Positions 1-13,900 of a DNA stretch of 52,925 nucleotides are shown in pieces. Location of the stretch: contig KZ538149.1 of the NCBI GenBank assembly GCA_000934665.2, positions 62,001 through 114,925 on the forward strand, in the 5' to 3' direction. Both the position numbers and the translations under genes were made by a program. The DNA is from Catajapyx aquilonaris (taxonomy: Eukaryota). The stretch's first letter is position 1; the number at the start of each line of letters is the position of its first letter. Below the pieces are notes generated by a model that did not search any database, was not told where the DNA came from, and was given only the letters and a program-made list of their open reading frames with translations.

Positions 1-15
1 TGCCTCGATATATGA

Positions 16-367
16 TAGGGAGGCGGAGTGGTGCTGCGGTAACGTATGCGCCCACGGATGTTAAGGTCCCGGGTTCGATCCCAGCCCGGGGACACCCCCT
101 TCATCTCGTGCAGAGTTCATTGGGTCACCTCTGGCTTCGTCTCGGGTGGTATTTCCTACAGACTAAACCACCCGGGGGAGTTCACTAAAAATGGCCACAT
201 AAAGACATTGCACTGCACCTTGCACATCCCCTCCTGTCATCCTGCCCGTGGGCCCGGGCGCTACGTATAAAGGCTCCAAATGTACTTGACATAATAAATA
301 AAGGTCCGTGCTGCATACCTCAGATGAGGTCAAGCACTACCCCGGATTATTATTATATTATATATAT
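16..367 (+). mobile_element. tRNA-derived SINE (head type A, tail type B), full length
   Basis: A-box-like TGGTGCTGCGG and B-box GGTTCGATCCC in the first 80 bp; 3' stem-loop ACCTCAGATGAGGT and ATT-rich tail; flanked by perfect direct repeat TGCCTCGATATATGA (1-15, 368-382). Confidence 0.85.
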
Positions 368-3300
368 TGCCTCGATATATGACCAACACTGTACTGGGTG
401 TTTCATTTTTCTAGCAAATTTGTTGCAAAAATGTTGGACCGGAGAGGGTAATTTTAGACTTACCTGTGAAATTAAATCCTGAATGAATTTTTAACCGATA
501 AAACTTTTACAATGTAGCCCGAATGATTATTGGTATAATAGGCCTAGGTACTCCATTCATCCTTTGTTCATCTTGACCTTCACAAAGTTTCTGCGAGAGA
601 GTGAGATTCTTGATGAATGAGCAGTGACGTTTCCAGAGAGGGTCAGTCCCCTAAACAAAAGTCTTTCATTTGTCTATGTGTACATTGGTATATCGTCTAA
701 ATCCACGATGTGTTTTTGCACTTAATGCACTCCTTTAATGATGCCGTGGCCTATTTTTGTTTCTGGAAGAAATCCCACGTTACAAGCGTCCCTTCAAAAA
801 GACTTTGTGGCATGCTTTTACACTGATGAAGAAAGGCGCATTCTCTTACAAGAGCGATGGCAGGAAATTACTTGACAATTTCGGAGAACTCTTTGGAAGA
901 TGTACCGCACTCTGCTTGCCTTTTAGATATTTCAGGTTTACATGCAGGGGCACAAAAACCAGGTCTTTATGCAGGAAATTTATAGTGTTGCTAACAGTCT
1001 GCACCATTCATCTGATCATTTTCTCCGAGAAAAAGTGACTGCATAAATAAATTTCCCTCCCATTCGACTTACAAATGACTCACTTACCTAATGTTGCAGC
1101 CATTTTTACTCTGCACCATTGCTCGCGACAGTTATATCAAAACTTCATACGTTCATTAGCAATTTATGTGGTGCGGAACATACGGTGAGTCACTAAATAT
1201 CCTATTTGATATTAGAACAAATGAAAGTACTCGCCACGATAATAATAACTATCTCTGAAAAAATTCTTCCTAAAATGATTGAAAGTGCATAATAAGCTTA
1301 AGCTTTTGACCAGAAGTATGTATTTATATTCTTTCTGCTAATATCCCGCTCTCACTGAAGCCACGATAATATCCAATCCGAAAGCCGCACCGTGTCCGAG
1401 CCCCGATGGATTTTTGGCAGTCTGTGCAGCTCGACTACTCGAACACACCTCATTAGCTTTCAATAACATTATTTGTCACAGATCGGGCTGGAGAATCCTC
1501 TCCTCTCCATCACCTCTCACAAATGCTATTGAAGTACTTCAGTTCATTATTTTTAAACCGACGGCCACGAGTGCTCATCACCACACATGCTGACCAAATT
1601 ACTCCCGAACATATCAATTTTTTGCACATTAATTTACTTAGAGGTGTCGCATGATTTGGAGGAAATTCAGACTATCATGCCCATAAACGTGTCATGTGAA
1701 CAGCCCTACAGGAACCGTAGAATCAATGAGAGGGCGATTCCATGTGCAAAGGGGAGAGTGAGAAGAGGATAGAAAAGAGAATATATTTCATATTGTTAAA
1801 ATACCAAGTAGATAATAAGAAACATAATGGACAGTTTGAGAATGACTTACGGGCGTTATATTGTAATTATGGTAAGTTATAATCACTCTGGATAAGTTTT
1901 TCTACTCACATAACACAATTATTATTGTAACTAATACATTTCTTAACCATCTCGCCGACGCGCTGTGTCCGTGCTCCACGGACAAACACTTTGAGAATTT
2001 TTTGCAAAAAAAAATCTATAAATCGCAAATTAATGCGGTTTTCGTCACATTCACAAGCAAAACACGCAGAATTCCCGACAAAAATCACATGCTCAAGGGC
2101 TTTGACGGACATTTTCGTATGACGTCATATTCCGGCGGCCATATTTGGAAAGTCATATGCGCAATGATAGAGATTGTATGAAGACTAGCTAAAATTTGGG
2201 AATGTAGCAATTAATTAGATCGGTTTCTAAGCAATATTTTGCATATAATTTATTGTTGCTTGATTCCGTATTCTTCACCGCTACGTTTTTTCCTACTCCC
2301 GAGTAGATGCGTAGAAGCAGTTATAGCTGTTATGTTACGCACGGCCTAGACTATGGGAGCGGTGCGGCCATAGAGGAAGACGTGACTGCAAATATGATAA
2401 AAATAAAGCACGTCGATCTTTTTGACATTTTTTCTTGTAATCACTATCTTTGATTGAAAAGCCCAGCCATGATCAATAATTCATTACAGATGTTTAGTTT
2501 ATTAATACCCGAGTACTTGCCGTACTGAAAATATTTCCGATTACTTTCACCAATCACAGAATATCATCATCATTAGTTGTATACCATTCTATGAAGTACA
2601 CCGTGTAATGCGGTTTTTTCTGTACCTTCCCGGTGAAGCAGGCGAGAGAAAGGAAAATGGAAGGTTCAGGTGCATATGTAATGTCTCTAAGGGCATTTTG
2701 TGCGTTTCCCAAATGGGAAGTCTAGCGGAAATTCCACCTGAGACATAGCAGTACTACATGGGAGATTCTCACTAGATGACCAAAACACCTTTAGAAGAAG
2801 AGCAAAAAAACTAATAAATATCGTGCAAATCAAGCTTGCTGTATTAAGCATAATTATTATTCCGGTACCACTTGCTCCATTTTAAATATGTAGGCTACCG
2901 TGTTTGATGTTCATAAAGCATACGGGCATAATAAAGACGTGATGGAAAATACTGTTGTTCAAGTACACAAACTTTTAAAACGTCAATATTCTACTGTTAG
3001 CCCTCCCTGCAGAATTAATTAATTAATTAATTAGGCACATTCACCTTCACTTTATTCCATTATTCGCATCACCTCGCCACACACACAGTCTCCATTTATT
3101 AGCCCCATACACAATTATTTTATTATTATTTATTTATTTATTTATTTTGATTACCCCTTGATAGCCTACCTACATAATTATTATAGGCTATATGATGTTG
3201 CAAAATTCGAGAAACTGTTTGAGGATCTGGATTCGTTGGGAATCTCTAAAGCGACATTATCCTGGTTGATTTTGATGAGGTAGGTTTCATTAGGAAAACA

Positions 3301-4438
3301 ATGGCATTTTGTGTACCGGTGAAGGCTTAAGTAAATAGGGGTCATCCTGGGAGTTGTGCCAATCTTCACTGCTACATGGTGGGTCGCCAAAATCAACTAG
3401 GGTAATTTCGGCATGGAAAATCGCTAGGATCCCCTCCGAAATGAAGTGCGCCAATTTTGCAACTCCCTGCGCATACTGTAATTTGTATAAGCCACTTTGC
3501 CTACCAACAAAATATGACACTACCTCGAATTTTGCTCAAGCTAAATGGCTCGTAATTTTTTAAATCAACAACAACTCTAGCAATTTCGGTGCTAAGAAAA
3601 CTGATTTGGTGCAATAAGCTGCAAAATTCACGCAGGGATACTTTGTCAAACCAAAGTGCTATAATTCAGGTTAAGCCAGAAAGGGAGGTATAGAACACTG
3701 CTTATTGATATTCTTCTCATTTAACTGATCCCTAATTTTGCAAAGAGTACGGCGTGATTAGTAGTGGTTAAAAGGAACTGCTGCATTCTTCTCCCTTTAT
3801 GCAAAATTGTTAAAAGGCAGTTCCCAGCCACCGGCTTATTCGAATGCCATAATTTCAGACAACCAACGCAACGTGATAAATGAGAACGATAAGATTATCT
3901 CCAAGACGAGAAGTTGTCGTGCCTTCCACATGTCAATTTCCGAGACACTTGTGTCAAACGCATGACAAGTGACAATCCGTTTCTTTCCGAGCTTCTTCCG
4001 GAGTGGGTGGGGACACGTTTTTAGAGAAATTGAAATTCCACACGTGTCAAAAAAAATGGAGAAGCAAAATTTTTCGATCCCGTATAGGCTGTATGTGTCT
4101 AAACACAGGATTGGGTATGTGACAAATATTATAGCATCCAAATATTGTATTTGTCTAAACTCCGTTATATTCAGGCTTCTAAGTTTTCATCCAGAAATGA
4201 CCTAATTTAAACTTCAATGATCTCCACAAAATCATAGACGGCCAAACATCGATGTAACTTACTTCGAAAGTATGTGCCCAACGTAGGTTCGGGACAAAGT
4301 CGAAAAAATTGCCTTCGCTTATTGCTTTCTGTATCCCCAGAATAGGGGTAGCACAACACGCGAAGCGTGAATAAGTTATTTTCAACTGAAAGTATTTTAA
4401 TGCGTTTTTCGTCCTGGAAAACACATAAATGTTTCCTA

Positions 4439-4893
4439 CAGTGTGTCCGTGAATCGCCAGTCAGACCTGTACCCGTGGCTCAATTGACACCAGAGGATCA
4501 TGTTATGTAGAGGAGTCATTATGTCTGGGAAGCCTCATTACTGAGATAATTGATCATTTGCGATTTAGCGATTGGGCCTGGTCAGTGGTAACCCTGGGTC
4601 GGTCATCAGGGCACCCTTCTGCCCTCTCTTGCTCTCTATTGCGTGTCAGTGTGTGCCATGCGACATGCTAGTCCCCAAATGGGATGGCAGCTATTTTGAC
4701 CGGTGATGCGATTTCGGGGCTGAAGGTTTCCATACCTCCCAGGATACTTTGTACCAAGTTGTACTTGTACTTTGAAGGCAATTATCTCAGTAATGAGGCT
4801 GCCCAGACATAATGACTTCTCTACATAACATGATCCTCTGGAGTCTATTAAGCCACGGGTACAGGTCTGACTGGTCAATTCACTGACGCTCTG
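4439..4893. mobile_element. Tc1/mariner-type MITE with ~115-bp TIRs
   Basis: TA|CAG...CTG|TA termini; 4439-4553 is the imperfect reverse complement of ~4779-4893 (CAGTCAGACCTGTACCCGTGGCT / AGCCACGGGTACAGGTCTGACTG). Confidence 0.85.
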
Positions 4894-5890
4894 TATATGT
4901 AATCAGCGTTTCTATTGTTGTGCCACTGTATGCTTCAGGTAAAGAGGCATATCTTATCAAATCCCTCAAATACATGCAACATATTACATTTTGCATGAGC
5001 CTACCGGTACTTCATAAATCACTACAACTGCCCCAAGCTTTCAGCAAGCGAAAACACGACATGAAACTATCTTATATTTATTAAGGCCTGGAAACTATAA
5101 GTTCAAGCATAAAACAAACAGGAAAATGAAAATTATGCTCTCATCATGATCTAACACTGACGCTTCCATTTTAGACCAGTCCCTCACGGCATTTGCCCAT
5201 TTTCGAAGTATAATAATATTGAGTCAGTTAAATTTTGAGCAAGCTAATTTGATTGGACTCTGAGCCGTAATCCCAAATTTACAAAGCACAAGTAACCTCT
5301 ATCCTAGTGGTGCAAAAGTGAATTAGGCACGCATGGAGAGGATGAAATTAAGCGTGTTGTGCAACAAAGACATGATAAGTCAGGCAAACATGACTGTAAT
5401 GGTAATGTCCCGACGGAGGAAGCTGACTTCATTATTTTTGCACGCGCTACCTCCTTGACTAAGATAGAATTTGCAGTACAACACTAATTAGTCGGGCCAT
5501 TGTACTGTACCTCCTTTTATGGACTGGGGTTGGAGGTTGACGATAGCAAGGGTGTAGCCACTGTTCAATAACCGTTCACGCCTCGTCTGGAAACCCTGTT
5601 CGATCAATGCTGAGTTTACGCCCGGTACTCTAATCGCAGTCGCAATCGATTCAACGCCTTTCTTTTGCTATTATTATTTTATGAGGATGGGGCCCGAATT
5701 AAAGAGCAAGTCGATATCAATCTCCACTTCGGGGAGGAAAGATTAAAGTTCTCTACCATGCGGCTAGGCGTTAATGGAATATTACGAGCCTTTTCTCCTG
5801 CATATCTTGCTTGCAGTTATTCCAAACGAAATGGACCTCCACGTGGATGTCTTTGACGTGACAAGGAGCAAGTTTCACGCATGTGCAAAA

Positions 5891-6305
5891 GAGACCGTTC
5901 ATAAAGTACAGTACGCCACTTGTCACGCACCGTCACGTTGAGCTACATACGAAAATACATCATTTTGTCCCATATGCTCTCAGGTCTAAGCCGCTTCTTT
6001 AAAAACCGTTTTGGATTTACACACTGCACGTAATCATTCATAGGATTCCTCGGTTGGAATATTATTAGGGAGTAGGTGCGACAGGAAAAGGTGTCAAAAC
6101 GGTGACATTTACCGATGTTATTACCTTCAAACGTTCATTAAACTTGCCAATAAAATATGTTAGAGCACCTTTGTTTTATTACGACTTCCGAGTGCGATTC
6201 ACGGTCGACCAAACCCCGCCCCTTACCCCACGTCAAAATCCGTCACGCTGCCATCAACCCCCTTACCCTCCAAGAACTTGACGTGCAGTACTTTATGGAC
6301 GATCG
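5891..6305. mobile_element. Degenerate PIF/Harbinger-like MITE
   Basis: Imperfect TIRs GACCGTTCATAAAGTAC / GTACTTTATGGACGATC, a terminal motif typical of animal Harbinger MITEs; no clean TSD. Confidence 0.5.
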
Positions 6306-7046
6306 TTAAGTTGTGCAAGGTAGGTCTTACTTCAACGACAACCCACAGCAAGGGTGAAATGTACTGTAGAGTAGAGTACGTCTGTATGAGTGAGACGTGT
6401 GGAGGCACCAACCAGCAACAACTTAAGTCGTACAAGGGAACACACTTATTCACACATTATAGATGGATTTGCTGAATGAAACTTGGCACAATAATAAAGG
6501 CAGGTAATTCATTCAACAAAATGAAAACCGTTTCGGCTGAGTGATACAAGGTCAAAAGTTATGATCTCTCGAAGTCATCCCGGACAGCTTACCTAAGAGG
6601 GAAGGGTAAAAAAAAAAAAAGCGCTGGCAGATGAAAAGCAGCATGGCAAATTAGCATTTATGCATATTTTTAATTATGTGTTCAAAACAAAATAAGCAAA
6701 TATGAATTCTAAGGTGTTGAAAACCTATAATTATTTTTATATGCGATTCGTGCCAGGTATGGGACAAGTCGACTTAAGGGTCATCGTAATTTGCATGCTT
6801 GCAAAAATAAACTTTCTTACAAATCATTTTTCAAAATAATGTTAAAACTAATGTCACTATTGAAGTCCTTTCTTAATTACCTTTCATTTGATACGTATGA
6901 TGGTGTTCTCAAACATATCAAGACAGAAGAAAAGGTTTGTTGCACCTTTGCATTTGGGTCACAATCGATAGGATCATTACCACTGATATCTCGATGAGCA
7001 GGGTTTGGTTCTGGCAGCCATCTTGTATCCAATAGTATGATCTTAA

Positions 7047-7933
7047 GGGCACCGGATACCTATAATGCGATTTTTCCGAATCGCGTTTAAAGTTTGGCCG
7101 AGTCAAGGGTGCAGCGTTTTCTTTACACCGCCCATGCGGGCGTCTCGCTGGAGGTACGGACCTTAAATTTTCACAGAATGGCGAGGAAGGGCCAATTGAA
7201 CCCCCGACGGAGTTTCGATCCATTGGAATAATAATTGCGAGATCTACAAGGGGATGAGTTTTTGAAAAGTGGCTCATGACATCTTGGGAGCAGGATTCGA
7301 ATTTCGGAAATATCTCGACAGCGTGCGATGGCAAAAGTTGTCCTCTCTTACTCCTCCAAAGCGCGATTAATTTGGGCTATTGCTTTATGCTTGAGCAGCT
7401 ATTTAAACGGTTTCACCAGCTCACCTCGTAAAATCGGAGGGAGTTGGTTCCCTGTTGCCCAAGCACTTTTTAAATTACCGTATTTAGCCCGAACCGGTTC
7501 CCTGGCAACCTGGACAGGAAACCAACTGTTCTACATTGAAAGCTTTACGCCGATTTTACGAGGTGAGCTGGTGAAACCGTTTTAATAGCTGAGCAAACAC
7601 CAATAGCCCAAATTAATCGTGGTTTGCAGGAGTAAGAGAGGACAACTTTTGCCATCGCACACTGTCGAGATATTTCCGAAATTCGAATCCGGCACCAAGA
7701 TGTCGGGAGCCGTTTTTAAAAAACTCCTCCCCTTGTAGATCTCACAATTATTATTCTAATGGATCGAAACTCCGCCGGGGGTTCAATTGGCCCTTCCTCG
7801 CCATTCTATGAAAATTTCAGGTCCGTACCTACAGCGAGATGCCCGCATCGGCCGATGTAAAGAGAACGCTGCACCCGTGACTCGGCCAAACTTTAAACGC
7901 GATTCGGAAAAACCGCATAGGTATCCGGCGCCC
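7047..7933. mobile_element. Kolobok-like non-autonomous foldback element (TTAA TSD, ~390-bp arms)
   Basis: TTAA|GGGCACCGGATACCTAT ... ATAGGTATCCGGCGCCC|TTAA; 7047-7437 pairs with ~7550-7933. RR..YY termini with TTAA fit Kolobok better than piggyBac (CCC..GGG). Confidence 0.8.
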
Positions 7934-10900
7934 TTAATAATCGAGCGTACCAAGCAGGAAAAACCACGGTGGTTCATGCAAGCCCGTCCTTGTGTTAGCA
8001 GCCAGCGCTGTGGCATCCATTGGTAGCAAACACCTCATCCTGCGAGTCAGTTTCCGTCATGGATTGAATATGGCGGCCTACAGGAGCTAGACCTATGCAC
8101 ATCGTCATGGGATTCGAACGAATTCGAACATAACTTAGATCAAGGTAAATTATGAGTTTCTCTGTTTTCTCTTCTTTAGTGGTTCTTCAGATTTTCTTTT
8201 ACAATACAAGTATAATAATAATCCCAGATTTATCGACTACATTTAAGACCCAATTCGTAGTAATTAAAATAATCATTATAGCTTATAAGCAGAATAGTTT
8301 CACTACCTCTCCACTTGGAGGCGCGACTACCTACATCATTCATCTGGATTGGGGTGAATGCTGTCATCTATCGGCTGGTGTGATAATCTCCTGATATGTA
8401 TCGACAGCAACACTACGAAATAGCATTTTTAATTTGGGCTGGGTCAAAAGTTGGCAACCTAACGTCCCTGATGACATTTTACTTATTTACATCCTCAAAA
8501 GTTTTGATCTAGTACTTGAATGTGTAAATCGATATTACGCGTTTTTAAAAATCTGAAGTGGTTGAACTAAAAAATATATTTAATTTGATATTGCTGAATT
8601 GGCGTGAGATGACGGGTTATTCAAAATTAACAACATGTAAACCACTTGCTCTGGGTTGATTATCTGTTACTTTAGAAGGTCCTTAGTAGGCTATATATAA
8701 CCTCTACTTCCCTGGAAGTCAGGAAGTCTGCAATTGATGGTTTAAATTCCCCTTTTTTAAAAACCTTTACTTTGCTGGTCTGCATAATCAATAATAAATG
8801 CGGAACAATAGTTGTTGTTGTTCCTTGTCATTCCTGTCATTGGTGAGAGTTTTCCAGACAATAAGAATGATCAACCACTTGCTTTGGAATTACTATCGAA
8901 TACGCAACCTAGCCTTCCAAAATAATGTTATCTGACTGACGAGAGTGTCGAGTCATGCAGAGCATACACCGGTGCACTGAGCATGCACATTTGCGTTAAA
9001 AGGCTCATGCTGTGTGTTTATTTCTTATTTATGTGTTCTTTCAACGTGGAGCATTAGGTCGTCATACCGGATCGAAAAGTCCTATAGCCGGAGCTTGGCT
9101 GCGAAACGCCATCCCACAGCGCTATAGCCCAAAGAGTCCTCAAGTTTGACTCCGTGTGATGATTAGATCACACGGAGCTGTGGTGAGCCTTTCAGACGAG
9201 ATATCAAAAAGCGATGTTCCATGGCATTTCCAACCTCTGCATTACGAGCTGTTTGGATATTTTTTGCCAAGCTTATAAGATTTCTGCTGTAATGAATGAT
9301 GCAGGAAAGATGAGGTTATAAACTAGTGCATTTTTTAAGCCAACAATATTGCCAGTGCGTTTTCTCATTTAAGACAGTAGGAGCTAATATTCTTGACATA
9401 ATTATGTTGGTGTAATAAAAACTCATGTCACGTCTTAAAGCTGTTAACCAGACGTATGCTACATAGTGTTTCTGCCAGTTTAATTCATTGTGAATCGCTG
9501 TGCATCCTATGAATGATTACACTTCGTATTACAATGAGAAGCTGTCTATTCTTGTCATGAAAAATCTCAGTGCAACTTATAACACCAAGGTCATAAGCAC
9601 TCTAACTAGTACTGTATACTCCACGCATGCTGGCCATCAGGGTGTTTTCCAGCAGTGATTACAATTTGGATGTTAGGTTCCGTTTTGCATAAAGCGCCGT
9701 CCAAATTGATCTTACGCAGCTGCACAACATGTGTTGAACCAAGTATGACGTAACAACCTCTTTTTTTGTTAGACTAACGATGCCGTTTTTGAGCTCCAAA
9801 AAGGGCAATTTGCGCAGAGATTTGCAGCAGAATTACGCTAATAGCTTATTAAAATGTTTAACTAATTGTAGCACTTAATCTGGTTGCGTGGATGAAGGCA
9901 ACTTGGGCTCATGCGTCCCTCTTAATATTATATTCCGGCCTCTTTACTTCAGACATAAAAATTGAAAATGGCTGCACTCAAAGACGTATCCAGAATTTCC
10001 TTGCATCAATTACAGGTGTGCAGTAATTACCGTTCCTATAATACAGAAACTAGATCCACCTTCATTGCAGTGCAATATACACCAGGTATTCCAATATTTA
10101 ATAGGTGCTCTCCTCTCTCTCTAATTCTAGACTCTGCTGCTGCTCTCAAATGGTGCTGTGTGCAGGCTCCTGATAAATTTAGAATTTGCTCCTGAGCTGC
10201 TCTTCTCAGTGGCATGAATTCCATGTATTATGCAAGCTTGCACTTGGGGAAAAAATCTATCAGGTACGGCCTGTTGTGTGCTTGGGAAAGTTTAGGACTT
10301 GTAAACAGTCACGATTGATAGAAAAACCCCTCTGCGATATTTCTGGAATTATCGTTATTATCTCGTTATTATCTCGTTTCCTCCCAAAATAGAAATTACT
10401 AAGAGTGCAAGGATTGAAATGTCTGAATCCCGTATTGTTTTAATCCCACTTCATATCTCAACCCAAAGGCGATTCTTACAGGCGGTTATGTGCTCATGAA
10501 AGCGCGGAGTTGTCATGTCACTTACTTGACACATAATACATCGAAAATTATCATAACCATGAACCCAACTTTGAAAACGTATTATCCCTTTAACTTGTCG
10601 GATATGGGTTACTTTGGTGGAAGGGTGGGATTAAAGTATTGCCTGGTGTCACAGTTACACACAGGTATCCGATATACAGTAATATTGCGCTTACGTTAGC
10701 TCAGTATGATTTTGATGACGAAAAATTAAATTAAATCCGCCGTTTCCCTTTAAGGCTTATATAGGAGTAATGCGCCTTCGCCTAATGACATTCTAACTGA
10801 TGTTGTAGAATACCGCATAGCTTGTTGTCAGTTTCAATCACACCTCCATATCAGGCCGTACTCTAACTCCTCATCTGCATAATTATTAAGCAACAGTAGT

Positions 10901-13900
10901 TCCAACATGATGTCCAAACTGTGGCCCATCCCCTTGCGAATAAGGAGGGCGCGTATGTTTCATATCTGATAACGAGTGATGTATCGGCAGTGAGCTGAAT
11001 AAGTAGCCGAATGATATGCGCATGGCATGAAATCCCTGGCTCTCGTCATGCGGTCATGGGTAAACCCCGGGAGATTACGCTTTACGCGTGGTGCCAGAGG
11101 CGTGGCATCGACATTCTGTCTTCTTTGGCCGTGGTGTCATCCTAATGCCTTCCTGATGACGGGCTCGCAAATCAGCAAAGACCTGTTGGATCCACAAGCG
11201 ACGTGCTTGTGTCCGGAAAACGGTTCCGGGGTTTGTGGAATTCAGCCGCCTCCACCCCACCTCGCCCACTATTCCCGCTGCCTCAAAGCTTTGGTGTTAC
11301 CAGGACAAATGCGGTGCTCTCACATTTTCCGGATGAAATATGAAGAGTGTTAACATCATCGATCCTGGTCAAATTTACGAGTTAATAGCACTTACAGGTT
11401 GGCATTTTTACTCCGGCAAGCATACCGGTATAGCAAAATCTGATTCGACTTCTGGTTTTTTTCTTCAGAGAAATATGTCACACTTTTATTTAGTGCAGAC
11501 GGGTCAGATGAGTATGTGCACTGGTAGGTGCATTATGTGTGTTATTGCTTTTGGGCAAGTAGAGTCGCGCCTTTGTGCTCGGCTTTGGTCTCACAACTTC
11601 AGCTCCCACGCTGATGGACAAGTGAGGGTTGTCAGCGTTTTCTGGTGGCCTTTGATGACACACAACTTCTCTCGGTGAATCAGGGGATGCCTGAAAGCCT
11701 GGCTTTCATGCGATGAATGGGTCACCTGGGGTCAAAATTGCATTCAATCTGGGCTGTAGAAGTGGAGTGTATTTATTGCTTATTATGAGAATAAAATTGT
11801 GTAAGCTTATGCGGCATGTATGGCGATTAACTATCCGCTCGTGAGAGGTGTTGCCTTCGAGTTATTTTGCAAAGAGGTTTAATATTGGAAACGGGCCAGA
11901 AAAAGGATTAGGTCAAAAACCGTTGACGAAAAGGCAAGGAACAGATGGCCTTGCAGCGCCTTGGTTGGCGCTAGATGTTGGCAGAGTATCAATAGCAGAA
12001 GAGTAATGGGGGTTGTAACAAGTTTGCTGTCTTATAGCGTGAAAACGATGATTTTAAAAGCAACCTACATTAATCTAATAGCACCCTCACAGTCCACGGT
12101 TCAAATCTATCCCACGGACTCTTTCCTAAAAATGACGAATTATTAGGTACCTACAGTATGTGAACAACACTGCTTGATGTAGGTCGTATGAGTTGAAACC
12201 GGTTGAAACACGAAACTATATTCTTGAATAGACCAAAGTCGTATATCGATTATTCTAATATTTAAATGATATACATGTATTCTGATATGTGCGTGTATTG
12301 TTTTCCTGCTCTAGGCCATGGACACATGCGCAATTGATAACATCGGCAGTGTACTACATTATAGTAGCAAGTTACTTTACTCCCTTGCATATTCGCCTGT
12401 ATTGTATACTGTCGGAAGGAGCTAATTATCGACGCCTGACACTGTCCTCCCTGTTCCTTCGTGGCAACTCGATTATTACAATAATAAGCTTTCTTACAAT
12501 GAAAGAAGCTCACAACAAGTCCTCATTGTACCGGGTAAAAAAGAAATCCACGCAGAGAGACAAAAAAAACTTTGGAACGTCTCGTGAGAGAGAATACAAT
12601 GCCAAGAGCAGTCTTTGTGGAAAGTGTAAGGCTCAGCGGACACGTACAATATATTTGATCAGTGCTTGCAGAACCATTTTATGGCGCGTTTCCACACGAA
12701 GACCTGAAATGCAGAACTATCAAGAGTCACATTTCACTTACTTCGAAATATGATGGCTTGAAGTTTGAAGATTGCATTGCCTCTTAAGGGATGAGTTTTC
12801 TTCAAACATTTTCCTAGGGAACTATAGGTCTATTGGTTCTCTCAAAAAACTGACTTGACCAGCACAACGTAGCCTGTGTTGTGTGGCAGATTAATGCGAA
12901 TATGAACATCCGTCATCTTAGGTCTTCGATTCATTATTTATTTTTCACATATTTAGTACAGCTAATTCATATGTTATTAGGAGATATCATACATTGTTAC
13001 TTCTAAGCGTCGAGAGAAAGCTGTAGAGTATAAAAAGAGAATCTCAATTTCAAGTTTTCAAGAATGTGGATTCACTCAACGGAAATTAAACCAAAATAAA
13101 TCTGATAATGCAATAAGGGAAGTAGGTGTTCAATTCGTAGTAGAGTTATTGTTGTGCAGGCATGCTGCTCTTTTGCGCTATTAGATGTGTGATTTCATTG
13201 TTTGGCCATCATCAGAATGGCAGTTCATTGTGATAAAGAACAACGTAGGTTTGCTTCTTTCCATTTCTGGACATAGGCCTAAGTTGCATTAGTTCCGGAA
13301 TCGACATTATTCCAGCAAACATTCTGTATGCCACATTTCCCTCAATCCTATACACGCGAATGTGAAAGCAATTCGTACAATTGGACTGCTGTGCGAAGTT
13401 TTAAATTAGAAACAAAGTAATTTAGAGTCGAAGTTTCCTTGTGATAATTATCTTCGGTTTGGCGGTTAGGTAAGTAATTAACGGTAAAATCTCATTCCAG
13501 CAACATTTATGGCATTGCGGCATGCAGTGAAGTCATTGCTATTCTCTTCCTCTGGCCTCTCTCCCTGCAAATAGGGGGTGAGGAGGGGGAAGAATAGTCC
13601 CAATTGGGTTATACCTGTGGTTGTACCTCTGCTTTCAGTTTCAGTTTAGCTATTATTGATAAATGATAGCAGCACCCATAAAGATCTTGCTCTTCATCGA
13701 TGTTTCCTTAGACCTAGTCTCCAAGGAAATGACGTAAGTAAAACTCGTATAGCCTACATGCGCAGTACTATGGGTGACTTAACTAAAGAGCAAGCCGCGC
13801 TACAAGCCGCGTTACAATGACGGTGTAAGCACGACTCTCCTCACTTCTCTCTACAGCCGAGTGGCACCTACCCGTATCGCGACCGCGTCTGGGGCGCGTC

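Noticed and set aside
560..1105. Possible Sola-type transposase remnant on the minus strand (CHKVFLK, ESHSRR)
   Set aside because: The motifs are too short and degenerate; this needs a tBLASTn/HMM search.
6918..8026. Paired similar ORFs on opposite strands (also 33953-34908, 46960-47716, 49612-50234)
   Set aside because: Mirror artefacts of inverted-repeat arms with no protein motifs.
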